Program-made: the position numbers and the translations under genes
In this document: positions 1 to 13,547 of the stretch, one piece after another
Position numbering within the stretch: the stretch's first letter is position 1
How the letters are laid out: each line of letters opens with the position of its first letter
Origin: Ptychomitrium polyphyllum
Lineage: Eukaryota
Direction of reading: 5' to 3'
Length of the DNA: 64,000 bases
Assembly (NCBI GenBank): GCA_973851085.1
Contig: OZ316775.1
Span: 19,964,001 to 20,028,000 of the forward strand
Notes under the pieces: model-generated
The model's input: the letters and a program-made list of their open reading frames with translations, nothing else
Databases searched by the model: none
Told to the model about the DNA's origin: nothing

Positions 1-132
1 TTGTGATTGGTTATTACTGCCTTGCATTAATAGCATTCGGAAATCGGAATTACTGGGTTTTGTAGTAATGGTTTGGTTGTGCAATAGCCTGACAATATAG
101 CTAACAGCTGATGATGTTTCAATGTCAGGCAG

Positions 133-1510
133 ATTGGAAGTGTGCTTGCGTGAGTTGAATGATGCCGGAATGATGAATATACAGCTTGATAATCTCAACG
201 ATGAGATGGAGAAAATTCTCCGGCTCCTCCGGCATTTGTCGGAGAGGTACTCCATAAAGAGCCTATAACAGTTCCACGACTTCATTTCTGAGACTTGGCG
301 CAAGAGTTGCATTAATACCTACATCTCACCGAAACCCTTGGTTCTTTGCTTCATTTGCTTCATTTACAAGTGACAGCCTGCTACAATTTAACTTTGAGGA
401 TTAGATGAAAATGCAGAAAGTATGTAGGAAATTTTTGACACAGTAACAAGTAAGGGCATTTGTTTATGGAATCTCATACAAGACTGAAACGTTACTTGCG
501 TACAGGAATGCAGCATTAGAGAAAGAGAAGGCTCAAATGCAGGCCAAACTTGAGAGAGAAGCGACACTGAACAAATTCCAAGCTTCAAGGATGCTCAGAG
601 GAGGCAAGGCTGAGGATCGTGATGCAGATCTTTGTGACGCAGAGTGCCAGACTATCTGCTCTTGCCAACAGGTAAGAATGCGAACCATACTTGATCATTC
701 TAGTGTGATCTTGCCTCAACTTAACGTTGGTATGTAAATACGGAAGGACATTAGAGTTCAGGATTCATGTTGTCATGTATAATTTTGTATTTGACAATCT
801 GAGGGCTATTTTCTTGAATCAATTATCTTTAACCTCAGGACACTGAGCAGACAGATCTATATAATGACCTGACTTCAGTTGATTTTACTAATTCCACTTG
901 ATGCTCACCTTTTTGAGATGTTTTGTCTTTCAAGGTCAAAACCTGGAACCTGAAGGCAGCTGACTGTTATTTCCTCTTGCTTTGTTTGAGCTGCTCAGGT
1001 GGATTTAACCAGGAAGAGGAGAAGAGAACGAAAGAGATGGTTGAAGGAGGAAGATACTCCTAACAGCAATCAACCACGATCGAAATCACTCTCTCCTACA
1101 CAGGTACGAAAAGCCTATACTACTGGCCCCCAATCTTTAATATCAGAGGTGACATGCTTATGATTCGAGTTGGATGACATGCTGTCTTTCAATTACAAAA
1201 TATAGCTATATTTACAATTTGGATTGTTCTCATTAACCAACAGCGCAGCTAGTCTTTAAATTTCAGTAAATCCTCACAAATCCTTGCCTAGTGAAGTACT
1301 TTTTCTACCAAAGCTTAGCAGGCTACTCATTTTCTCGTTCTAGAACTTGATGAAACTAGTTTTCCAGATTAAATGTTTGTCGGCTGAATGATGTGGTTAA
1401 AATTTTTGTACTCGAGAATTATGTTGTTAAGTAACTGAAAGGATTAGGTTAATGATGCAACGACTATCAAAGCTCCTCTGGGGTTGCAGGATCCTAACTT
1501 GCAGAAATGA
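133..1510 (+). CDS. 3' part of a spliced gene for an uncharacterised coiled-coil protein with a basic NLS-like stretch (5' end outside the window)
   Basis: Four GT-AG exons join in phase: 133-246 (LEVCLRELNDAGMMNIQLDNLNDEMEKILRLLRHLSER), 506-671 (NAALEKEKAQMQAKLERE...CSCQQ), 999-1103 (VDLTRKRRRERKRWLKEEDTP...SPTQ) and 1490-1510 (DPNLQK*). No family recognised. Confidence 0.55.
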
Positions 1511-1717
1511 ACGCATTCCACAGTTATAGCAGTATGAAGAATATATTGCACTCGACGAGAACTTTTTAATTTACACGAGAATTTATATTGAACTCAAACA
1601 CATCTTTAGTGTGCTATTACTGTACATACAACAGCTTACACCAAGCTATTGTGTTCCGAGCGTTTAACGTCAAGGGTGGTGCAGTGCTGAACTTTATTCA
1701 GTAACTCGCCCAGCAGC

Positions 1718-4681
1718 TTAAACGTGCTCTACTTTGGAATCGTGTTCAGAAGAGCGGCGTTCAGCCTGCTTGTATGTGTACCACCTCGCCATAATGAAGA
1801 AGAATATACAGTTCACCGCTGCCATTGTGGTCAGCAGCCAGTAATACTTATCCAACCGGGACTGGTTAGTATTGGGCTGAATCCACTGTCTCCCGTCGTC
1901 TCTCCCTGTGACTTTGCCCAAAATTTTGACAATCAGAGTACACAAGAAGTGAGCAACCCCTGTGTTGGTCAAGAAGAGCGCTGTCCCTATGCTTTGCATG
2001 TCATCGGGAGCTTGGTCATAGAAAAACTCCAGCATGCCCATCCACCCGAAAACCTGAATCCATAACCACACGATCACTTCCCAGATTAACTAACAAATAA
2101 AACCAAGCGTTTATGAGCAGAATTCTTTCTAAAATTTAAAAACTAAAAAGTAATGTTTGTGATCTGAATCATTACCAAAATACATGACCTGAATTATCGT
2201 TACATTTAGTACCTGGGCGATGCCCATGATGCTGTATTGTGGGGTGAGCCAGAAAACAGTCATCGGCAACGGAGAGTTGCTGAGCTGCAATCCATATCTG
2301 TTAACAACATCTAATCGTTTGGTCTCCACAATTGCTGAAACTGCCATGCCCAACACACTGAGCACCAGACCTATTCCAATCCGTTGCAACAGCGTGAAAC
2401 CTCTTTCGTTTCGTGTGAACTTGCGTACAAAGGGCACAAGGTAAAGATCATACAATGGGATGCAAATGAGGGCAGTGATGTTGCAACTGAGCTCAAGGGA
2501 TGCAGGTGGGATCTTGAAGTGAGGACCCATGTGTAAATCCATCGTTAGACCTTGGCGTAAGTAGACTGTGCTCAACTGCTGAGTTGTCACAACATACATC
2601 AAGGTCGTCACCCAAATGGGCATCACTCTTGCAAGAAGCTTTACTTCTTCAACCTGTGTCACCGTGCAAAGGTGCCAGTTTTGCACCTTTGTCTGGTCTG
2701 GACCTTGTTTTGCGATGACTTGCTTCTCTTCTGCAGTGGGAGTTGCAGCTTTGTCAAGAAATCTGCACTTGTAACATAACATTGAATCAATATAATATAA
2801 GACTGACAGGAGGCAAACTTCAAACCGTGATTATTTCTGTGCACTTAACTAGAATTAATTCGACAAGTCAACTCTACAACAGAAGGTATTTAAGAAATTT
2901 ACACTTCGAGTCATTCTTTTGAGAAAATGCTAAAAACATTATTTAGAAGGAATAATAAAGAATATACAAGTCCAATGGCACACCTGAGGTTGTTGGTGTG
3001 AAGGATATTTCGTTTCTCTGGGCGATTGGTCTCATGCAGAAGAGTTGCATCAGCGGGCACCTTAACATTAAACTTCCGAATAGCAGCGACCAAAGTTTGG
3101 ACCAATTGGGTGAGAGGGCTACCCATAGGCAGCTTGTAACGATACCGGCGCTTCCCAGCATGAAACAGAACAGTGGACACTACCATCCCAAATGTAGGAA
3201 TCCCATATCCCCAACCAAATCCTACATGGTCCTCAATATACACAAGGACAGTCAGGGCAAGGAAGGCCCCGCCAGTGACTGCAATCCACCAGTAGTTGAA
3301 GAAGGATCGTTTCATGGGACGCTCTTCCTCGTCTTCCTCATCGAATTGGTCAGCCCCTAGTGACGAGATGCACGGTTTGATGCCGCCGATTGCAATGGCA
3401 ACAGTGTACAAGGCGAAGTAGAAGAGCCCAACTGTGGCATTGGAAGCGTTTCTGCAGTTCGTTGGGGTGGGACATGGTGGTGGTTTTAAGCTTGGTAATG
3501 CAACAGTCAACGTCAGCAACATCATACCCTGCGCAAGAGTTAACAGGCACTTAAATTAGCATGAGTTAGTTCCTGCTCTGTCTGATTTTCTAATCGTCAA
3601 TAGTGACGTGTGCTGCCGGAACAAGGAAGACAGAGTATTTTAATCATAACAGAGCAAAGAAAAGCCACCCGAAATAGATAGTTATACGAAGAATTCATAG
3701 CAATCATGTTAGGATTGAGAAGAGGTACACTGAAAACAGACTTTCTGCGGCGTACACTTGCTTTTACCTTCGTTTATACATCTTTTAATAGATTTTTACT
3801 AATTTATTATTTTATTCAACATGCCTGATCGTAAAGAGCTTTCACATTACCGTAATACTTCAATTGAAATTAGGAAACTTTTTTGTATTAAAGATTTATT
3901 GTCTTGCACGTAAGAATTATTATCTTAATTAATTTGACTTACAGAAAATCAGCTTTTCAGTTGTAGTGCACAATCCTTAGACAAAGGCAACTAGTCATTC
4001 TCTGCTTCACGCAATGTAATGTAGAGCTACAGTTGGTACACATCATAGCCTGTTACTGAAAGGTAAGATTCCCCACAGCTAAAGAATGTTATGCAGAGTA
4101 CAACAACATACCGCAAGATAAATGAAAAAGCTATATTTGATGGTCCGATAACGGCCTAGATAAGTGTCAGCAATGAACCCTCCAACCAAAGGTGTGATCC
4201 ATGCCACGCCACCCCAGTTCCAGACATTTGTGATGGACTCGGCAGTCCCCTCGTGCAATACCCTCGAGAGGTATGAGACAAGGTTGAAGGAGATCCCGTA
4301 ATATGCCAGCCTTTCTATGATCACAGAGGCTATAAACCACTATCAATCATAGTTAGTATTCGTACAACGACTTGTAAACTTCAATTGGAAAGGTGATAAT
4401 CGCAGGAACTTTAGAATTTGAAAAAAGGATAATAAGTAACAACTTTAAAATATATCTATTCCAAAACATTTGAGTTGCTTGACTTTGAGAAATTTAAGTT
4501 AATTATCGTAGTATCAAGGCTAAACGAACTATCAATACTGTACTAACAAGAGTTGCAGCATGCGAGAAGGTTTGGAATTTGGTTCAGCTGGACACTTACA
4601 CATTATAAAACTCACAGCAGTCCATCGCCCAGCTTTCGATTTGTCCGCAGGTCTGCTCTTGTAATCAACTAATTCATGCAT
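1718..4681 (-). CDS. NPF: NRT1/PTR family (NPF) nitrate/peptide/hormone transporter, 576 aa, 5 exons
   Basis: Exons 4681-4600, 4329-4112, 3528-2984, 2762-2213 and 2053-1718 (1731 nt, all phases match). Motifs ERLAYYG, GGFIADTYLGRY, GGIKPCISSLGADQFD, FLDKAA, CTVTQVEEVK, LLQRIGIG, EFFYDQAPDDMQSIGTAL, LDKYYWLL. Confidence 0.95.
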
Positions 4682-7600
4682 GCTTGAACTATAAATCTAA
4701 ATATTCATGTTCATAGTCGTCACTATAATGTACGTCCAGAAAACATAGTCGAACTCAGTGTCTTGAAATTGCTGATATCCTCAGAAATGACCATTACCTA
4801 TCTATATGCATTCATACTGCATAACATTGGGACCGTCATATGGAATAAGATAAAACCTGGGACGGAGATGGAAGTAATATAGGAGTACACTGTTCCACTG
4901 TTAAAGATTACTTAAATCTTGGAAGTGGTGGACCTGATTTGTTGGATATACACTGGATGATAAAAAATAGATTTTTTCCGCTAAATGGCCAATTTTCATT
5001 TTTTTTCATTTCTGAAAGTTTTGATTGGTGAAACCAATCCAGGGATGAACCAAGCACAAAGCTGAAATTCGATGATTTGACAAATAAATTCATATAGAAT
5101 CTTTGGGTTTTTTTGTACCATATTTAGATCTGCCTCGACGTCGACCCGGTATTCCCTGCAAATCTTTAATTCCTCGAATACAATGGTATTTAACACCTGG
5201 TCACCAGATAAGTGGCAGCAATTTCAATTTTCAAAAGTCACAGAATCTGTTGCAAGGACTCAAGTTAGTGCAAGATAGATAAAAAAATTGGTACTATATG
5301 AAACGATCAAATAGTGAACTGAATTAATTGTTACTTGTGTGCAGAAATATTGGATGGTTCGACAGAAAAGGGGACAGCATGACCAACGGTGTAATTATGC
5401 TAATTATCCTAGTAGCTTTGTGTGAATTTTGAGTAGGAAACACGAATATAGTAACCATTTAATGGTTATAAGGAGTTCTGAAATTAGTACTGGCGATTCA
5501 CTTAAAATAAATTTTGTGTGTTGGTCCTGAAGAAGGGGCATACAGGTTTGATGTGCTGCGGTTATAAGTAGACTTTAGTACACATGTGGATCCTCAAGCA
5601 CCATCTTATACAAAAGTTCAACACTATAATCAGCAACAATTTTCACAATCCTAGGCAGAGTCCATCAATCGAATCTTGAGAACCGATATATACTGCCAGC
5701 TGTACCTAATGTTAACTGAGAGGACTTTTTTTTACCGAATTCACAGTTGGACAATCGAAATGCAGTGAGCCAGTTGTTGAGATTGAGTTCCGTCGAAACA
5801 TTGTCCCCACATATCTATCAACAGTTCACAAGACTCTAGTATTTTCTCACACAATTGTACTCTCACAGTCTAAAATTTCATCACTGTGAGCTTTATTGAA
5901 CCTCGCTGAATTCCAAGCTCCTACATGCAAAAACCCAACCTAACTAAAGGCATCCATCCAAATTTTGCCTAAGAATCCGAGATATTTGAATTAGAGACAG
6001 TTGAGGACATAATTGGCAGAAATATTCAAGTCCACATTTTGGGTGGTAAAGTGTCCCAGTCATGGTCAAAACTATGTTTGTGCAATACCAAGTGGAACTT
6101 CACTTCAAATCGTCAAAAAATATCCCAGGGGTAACAAAGTAGAATATGACTCTCAGAGATCAATTCTTTGACACGGAATTAGAAAATCTGAATTTGAATG
6201 ACCTTACGAAGGTGGCAGTACCCTCTTTGATAAAACATTACGTGCTCCAAAACGTTTGTGAAAGATAGTACGGTCACCTCCAAGGAAAGTCACTAAGAGA
6301 TAGACGAAACAATGGTCCATTTGATTCAGCCCTATATATGCGCATTAAACCCACAGAGTATTGACCCTCTTACACGAGGCTTACATGATCGACATCCGGC
6401 CCCATTTCGGTTATTCATGCCGACTATCTGCGTACAATAGGATGACTCTAACGGCTCAGTTCTGCACCGTCTTGGTTTCGAACGACAAAAACCCCATTGT
6501 GTAGGACTGCAGCATAGCATGCAAACGTTACGACAGTCCAGAAGTCCAAGCGCAGCGACAAGGAAAGGTTCGACGTACCTGGAGAAATCAGGACTTGAAT
6601 GTACTTGAAAAGTGTGGCTCTTGGAGTTACAGCGAGCTCAATTTAAAGCCTCAGCCTTCAACCCGACTGTCATGAAGTCGAAGGCGTGCTAGTGCACTCT
6701 TAACTTTGTGTACGTCAGCGTCAGCGCCCGGGGATTCTCCCTGCTTGTCTCTTGTGGCTACTGGTCGAGACAAATGAGTACAGCACATGCATGAGCTCAT
6801 CCAGAAGAACCTGGCCCAGTATATGAGTACAACTAGCACAAATTCCATTTCTTTTCACGTGCACAGAAAGATTTTCCAAAGCTCGATTAATGCCTCCAAC
6901 TAGTCAACTGTATTACGCAGTCACTCCAGCAGTAAAATTCCCCTTGAAGCCAGCTTCGGTCAAAGCACAAGTTCGGATACAAGTTGGTTTAGTGCCACTC
7001 GAATATAATGCAACTTTCACGATGTCAATCTCAGAATGCGATGACTGGGGCCGGATAGCAATGATGGCATGACGATGTCAAAAAAGGTACCTACCCATCC
7101 ATCGGCGCACACTAACAAAATTGTATTCCATCCACGTGGAGGACCAATTTAATACAACTAATGTACGGGCTCGTCCGGATAATTTATCAGACCGCTTCGA
7201 GAAACGTCTTTTGAGATCCTTGAACTGCGCAGCTGACAGAATAAGCTTGACAGGTACTAACTGAATCCCGCAAGGATTCAGGAAGTAATGCAATTCTCAT
7301 GACGTCTGCTTTGAATATGGCTGTGCCGCACCTGCACTATACTGTTATTTTTACATACTCATTGGCAGCTTGAGCCCACTGTGACTGTTTCAAATCCAAG
7401 TCCAAGTCCGGATTCTAATAATTAAACTGTATCAGCATTCTCTTAACTGTGGTAGTATCTTTGGCCCTGCTTTTGACCTGTTAAAAGGTGGATTTATCTG
7501 TTCAGAAGTGGAATATTCTAATACGACCAGAAAAATCTTGAACTGATATGCCAATTCTGATCAGCCTTTCTCTGGTAGACGGCTCTAGGATCTTTTCAAA

Positions 7601-9599
7601 TCCTCCAATATAGGATGGAACGTAGCTTTGTCATCCATCAATTTTAACTGTTATGTTGGCCTTTGAGTTATCATTGGCATAATTGTCTACTTCCTGCAAT
7701 ACATGTCATGTAATGAGCTTGCATGTGATACGCGCCGTAATAGAGTTACTCCTTGCTTGGCCGCTCCTTGTTACTAACTCGTTAGTTACCGCATGAACAC
7801 GTCTGCAGAATTGCAAGTTGCATGACTGAAAATTTCCAAAGAGTTGGAGTGGTGCTCAGTAATAAATTAATAATGCAATAGGAAATACCAACCATGTTGC
7901 CAAGATGTTTTTCTTTGTTTAAACGTGAACCATGTGTCAAATTTTGTTTCTTTCCTCCCTGTGAAAGGGAATCATGTTCCCAAGTAAACCATGCACCTTT
8001 AAAACGTGGCTTTTACCGGCTTACCAGGTGGAACTGACCTGCAATTCTTTATCCCTTCTCTTACTCAAGTTGCTTTAACCCAAGGTATAGTCTTTATGCA
8101 GTAGCATAGGCGGGATGTAGCCATGTGGTGTTGTTGGACAATCACTTTTCCTATAATTTGAATTAAAATGTGAACAAGATCATGATGGTTATTATTTATG
8201 ACTTTGCAAAATTTTATTATTTCAATATTTCTATATTCTCCATCTTCAAATCCCACCCCCTTTTTTTTTGTGACAGTCTTGTAAGAATTAAGACACCTTC
8301 TCTTTCTTATAAAATAATAGCTATCCATTATGATGGATATTGCTTGTGACACTTTAAAAAGGTCCTAATCCAGATTGATTGCATCTCCTTACTTTATAGA
8401 ATATATGATGATGGCAACCAAAATGATGTTGTGATATTAAAGGCCGTTGATGTTTGTTTGGCAATGTGGCTGCATATTATATGAGTGGTATTAAATCTAG
8501 TTGATGCATTACATATTTAATCATGGGTCATTCCAAAAGCTAGATTTAAGCATTTAACATAAACTTAAAAACGAGAGTAAGAAATTATCAAAGAAGTACA
8601 ATGAAGAAAATGCAAAACGAAGAAGCATTAAAAAAAGACAACAAGGAAAAACATGAGGAAGAGGTGAGAAAAGGAAGAAATGGGAGAGAGAACTGAAAGG
8701 AGAAAAAAAGTCTATAAAAACATATCCAAATCGCACCAAAACACTAACCAAAACCCTAATCACACTAAGTCAAGGTTGTGGATGAGGGCAGATGAACTCT
8801 TCTGTTATCCGTTGTGCATTGTAGTCAGCAAGTGAGTTGATCCTCTCTGGGCTGCCCTAGGGAAGGGGAAGAGGATTGAACTCCGGATACTCCAGAGTCC
8901 AGAAAACTCACCACTTAGAAACGACTTCACAGAACAATGGGAATCACCGCTACTGATTTCATATTCTTAAATCTATGAAGTACACTCAGACCTCTGTATG
9001 TCACTGGCTTGGGACCCAAGGTATCCACTATCAGAAGCACCTGGAGAAGATGTTGTAATAAAGAACCAATTTTGGATTAAATTGGAATGTTTGTGTCCCT
9101 CCTTAATATCACAATTATGAGGATATTCTCTGAATCTAGGAAATTACTTTATCCCCACTTTACAAAAATCTAGCTTAAGAACAATCCACTTTCAGTCTTT
9201 CCCAATTACACTAAGGTAAGAAATTATTGACTTCTTCTAGAGGATAGTAGTCCTCCACTCTGAATCTAATTGTGTGGACCTAGATACAAGAGAATGGCCA
9301 AACAAATCCTTCGCTCATACCGGCCTCTAAAAAGGGGCTAGAGGCCTCTCTCTCTTTCGTTCTTTTTTTTTCTATTTAATTTAAAAAAAATTTAATACAT
9401 CTAGAGTCTACTTGATTTCCAACCTTTATCCCATGGATATACGATGGAAGTTTATCTAGAAAAGGTGCATCATTGTGTACCGGAGTTCTTTTTATAATGC
9501 TTTCAGATATGGATACGTAGCCTCAGTGCAAAGGATGGAGCTGCAGCAAACAGAATTCCAGCAGGACTGGTCAGCAAATTCATAGTGTATCAAATGGCT

Positions 9600-9952
9600 A
9601 CTCCATGAGTTCTCTCCATACAGTGTAAGTGAAGATTCAGATTCTGAAAGCCTGGGTTGTTGAAGAGTATATTTGTCAACGACCAGACATGAGTGACGAA
9701 TGTGTTCCAGTGAGCACTCCATGAGTTCTCTCCATACAGTGTTGAGTGAAGATTCAGATTCTGAAAGCCTGGGTTGTTGAAGAGTATATTTGTCAACGAC
9801 CAGACATGAGTGACGAATGTGTTCCAGTGAGCACTCCATGAGTTCTCTCCATACAGTGTTGAGTGAAGATTCAGATTCTGAAAGCCTGGGTTGTTGAAGA
9901 GTATATTTGTCAACGACTAGACATGAGTGACGAATGTGTTCCAGTGAGCACT
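9600..9952. repeat. Tandem repeat, 3 copies of a 117-bp unit (first copy 116 bp)
   Basis: ACTCCATGAGTTCTCTCCATACAGTG starts at 9600, 9716 and 9833; the array ends at ...GTGAGCACT 9952. Copies differ only by an altered 1-nt-shorter patch in copy 1 and one substitution in copy 3. Confidence 0.95.
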
Positions 9953-12900
9953 GATGGAGCTGTTGTGCACACTGTGCACCTTTGACGAATGACGCGGAGG
10001 CTGGCCGCTCCTGAGCCATGTAATCATTCCATACCCAGTGCCAGATTACACTAGAACCGTTACAGTGCCTTGATTTTGTTAGCTTACCATATGTGGGGCT
10101 GAGGTGAAGTCAGAAGCATCATGCAAACGTGTAGTCAATAGACTTGACGTAGTGCGGTACACCTTAATCCTAGCAGGCCCCAGCTTGACTGCTGATGCAA
10201 TGGTTGAAGTGCATTCAAGGATACAATCGGATGCTTTGGTGCAGCGTCAAGATCCGAACTTCTATTTTTGTCAATTGGTGGCATGATTTTATTCCACCAT
10301 TTATTCGTTGCCCCTTACTGAGAATTCTACTGTTGTAACGTCTACCGATTGTGAAGTCATTTGATTCCAGGAAACTGCACTACATTTGTCAGAAGCATTA
10401 TCGTTAGAAGTCCATCGCCTTGTTGACAATTTGAGCCAATGAACACCCATGTTATTTGCAAGGGCATAATAGTCAACAATTTGCATTCCCCATATATACA
10501 GTACGTTGCCCCTCGTACGAAAATTCATGCAAAAACTTCAATTAGTATAGAGTACAATTCAAAGATATCAGAGAAATCTATCTCTATTACTAGCTTCTAT
10601 GTTAAGATACGAGACGTTTAAACGTAGTACAAAACGGCAGTACAATAGCTTGAGGCACTTGCACCCTGCAGTCAAGGTTTTTCTGAAATTGCCGAGGAAC
10701 TCTTACAGCTAGTAAACTTCACCTGTTAGCCCCAACTAAATCTAAAGAGGCTCCTATGATGTACCCAGGATCCTACGATCGTACCAGCTCGTATACGCAC
10801 CTCCTGAATCCAGTGCCACCCTCAAGAAATTCATCAAGCATCTCCAACTGGGATTTAGGACTGCTTCGAGGACTTCGAGGCATTGAAATGAAATTCAATT
10901 ATCTTATGTCTCGAGCAGCACAGCCCATACTCGCTATGCGTGAAATATGAGAATAGAGAATCACTTAACAGTCTTGTTAATCAGAAAGTTATGAAAGAGA
11001 ATCACTTAACTCAAATCTTGTTTTTCTATAAACTACTCCTCAACCAGGTGCTTGTGACTAGGCAGAAACGTGTACTTCAGATGTGTAATCATGAACTTGT
11101 CATCAACAACAGAGGGCGCTCACTTCCTACTGGAGCATTTTCCTGTAATTACTATAATCCTTCCAGAAAATACGAGTGTTTTTAAGATTCCTCAACATAG
11201 ACCTTTCAACAATTAAAATAATCAAATGATTTTATAGGCTAGCTTTCGCTGAAGGGCTACAGCATCTCTTCGAAGCACAATGAATTCGCAAAAAGATATC
11301 TAGGTGGTAAGGTGGAGTACAGAAAACGACGACTAGTTAGTTCATAAGGGATAACTAACATGGTTTACGACAATCACCTGCTTTGGGAAAGATATGATTT
11401 GACAAGCTGAGTGCAATTTTGTCCTGCTGTCGCGTGAATGAAGCTTCCCCCTCATATGATTAAGGATCCTGACATACAGAGCGGATCCATATCATGAATG
11501 TACTGGAAAGCAGCATGTCAAAGTACGTAAGGAAAAGCTGTTTTCCTGCTAAAATAATTCAAAAAGCACACAGACAGAGAGAGCTAAACGTTCCTTCAGA
11601 GCACAAACTCCCATTTTATACTTGGACTAACACCCTCGGTAGACAAAGTTTAAGAATTTTTTTTATCACGATCTTGGCATTCACCAACCAATGATCAAGC
11701 ACAGACTTAGCAACTACAATCATGTCAGTGGGTTGTTTCCTCGAGCTTAGAGTCCAACTTGCAAGGTTAAATCAGCGTATTGGAGAATCTCTCGGACAAT
11801 GATACTCTGGACCATGCATCACTAATTCCTCAAATTCATGTTATCCCTCTCTGATTTGACAGTTTTGGGAAACAAGAAAATTGTCATATAATCAAAATGT
11901 TGCATTTTTGATTATATGATATTTAGAACATTTGGTGTTATATTATTGAGGTTTTCAAATTTTGACTAAAATAAGTATAAAAACACATTACAATGGTTAT
12001 AAAATATTGAAAACATACTTTATATCTACCAAGATTTGCAATACTAAATTTGTTAATGACAATCAACCTTAACTACCACACAATCCTTAGCTATTGCCCA
12101 AACCTTAGCCACCATCTTCAAACTTTAGTTGCCATACAAATTATAGCTACCATTTTCTAGTCCTAAATTTTGGAAGTTCTCATAAAGTTTCCAATTATAA
12201 ATAAATGAAGTATTATATGTATTTTCACATATCCATTATTTTAGATTAATTTCATCTACGGTAAGCATTAATTACCTCTATAATATGAGCAGATTGCCAC
12301 AACAATATCATCGATAGAGAAGAAACTGAATACAAAACAACCTCCACCGATCAGATTCGACATGCTGAAAACATACACAATGAGAATCTCAAACAAGGAA
12401 TTTAAACCCTACTGGACATCCACAAAAATCTGAAGTTTCCTATCCATTCTCACTGCTTCACCATTCATGAAAGCATCAACATGAAGAAGCGAATACGACT
12501 AACCCAGATTGATCATCGTCAAGCAATTACCTTCCTCCCACCGATTCAGGCACGCCAGGCCACATGAAGAATGGATAAGTCCCTTCTAGCACCCAGCTCT
12601 AACTTCGCCGCCTCATCAACCTTCCCACTACCCAAATTGCCGAGACTATAATCGCATCATCACCATGACTAGGCTCATCTCTACACTCTATCATTCCCTT
12701 CCATTGCACTTCAAACCGCGCACATTTCCATCTTCGCAAAACCATCGGAAGGGTCCAAAATGCACATTCTAGCTACTCCACCCGATTCACAAAAAAACAA
12801 TCTGCATTCACTTGTAAAATTAGGACGAACTGGTGGGCGGTAGAGGCCGTCATGCATGTCCGTCTCCGTACAGGCTATAAGGAAAATATCCAGTAAGACG

Positions 12901-13547
12901 AATGTGGACTCACCCAGTTAGGCTGCAATTTCTAGAGGTTTGAAGGGCACAGGGTTCATCAATCACGCAGTCAATCATCTATTCAAATAAACGTTTGTGC
13001 ACAAACATAATTTCTCTATCAACATGAGGATGTAATGATATCGACGTCATGGTCCAATTCCAACGCAGCAGAGAACACACTCAGGTAGCGTTTGCAAACC
13101 TTAAGAAATGTAAACAGGTCCTATACACGAAAAAGTCGTTAAGGGCAATGGCAGATGGGAGACAGTGATGAGTGATAGAATATCTCCCTCGTCAATATTT
13201 CCTATTCAATATGTTTCACGTACATCTTACATGATACAATATCATTGACTGTATTCCTGAAATATTCTACACAATTCTATTCGAGCTGTGGCTAATGTAT
13301 CACAAGCCAATGAATATCCTGGTTGCTTGATGTCTATTTAAAAGCTTCACAACCCCTCTCCTACGATCTAAAATTCTGGATAATGGTTCTTTTAAGCTGT
13401 GATTAGTCTACAACGTTCCAGGTAGCCTCAGCGGTTGTCACCTCTATCTGATTCTTATCGAGCTTTGAATTAACACTGCTGACTTAGTGGTATAATGATG
13501 CTCCCAAGTTTTGGAGAAAGGACAATGTGCGGCATGTACCAAACAAA

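Noticed and set aside
6190..7640. Coding-like stretch, considered as a decayed gene or a paralogue of the VWA protein
   Set aside because: Only short interrupted frames and no convincing motif; blastx would be needed.
8760..9350. Possible LTR or Helitron end (GC hairpin GGCCTCTA...TAGAGGCC at about 9322-9346)
   Set aside because: No correctly spaced CTRR terminus, PBS, paired LTR or target-site duplication was found.
9600..9952. CRISPR-like array
   Set aside because: The units are contiguous 117-bp repeats with no unique spacers, the context is eukaryotic, and no cas genes are present.
11884..11919. ~16-bp AT-rich hairpin as a miRNA or MITE
   Set aside because: Too short and AT-rich; compatible with chance in an AT-rich island.
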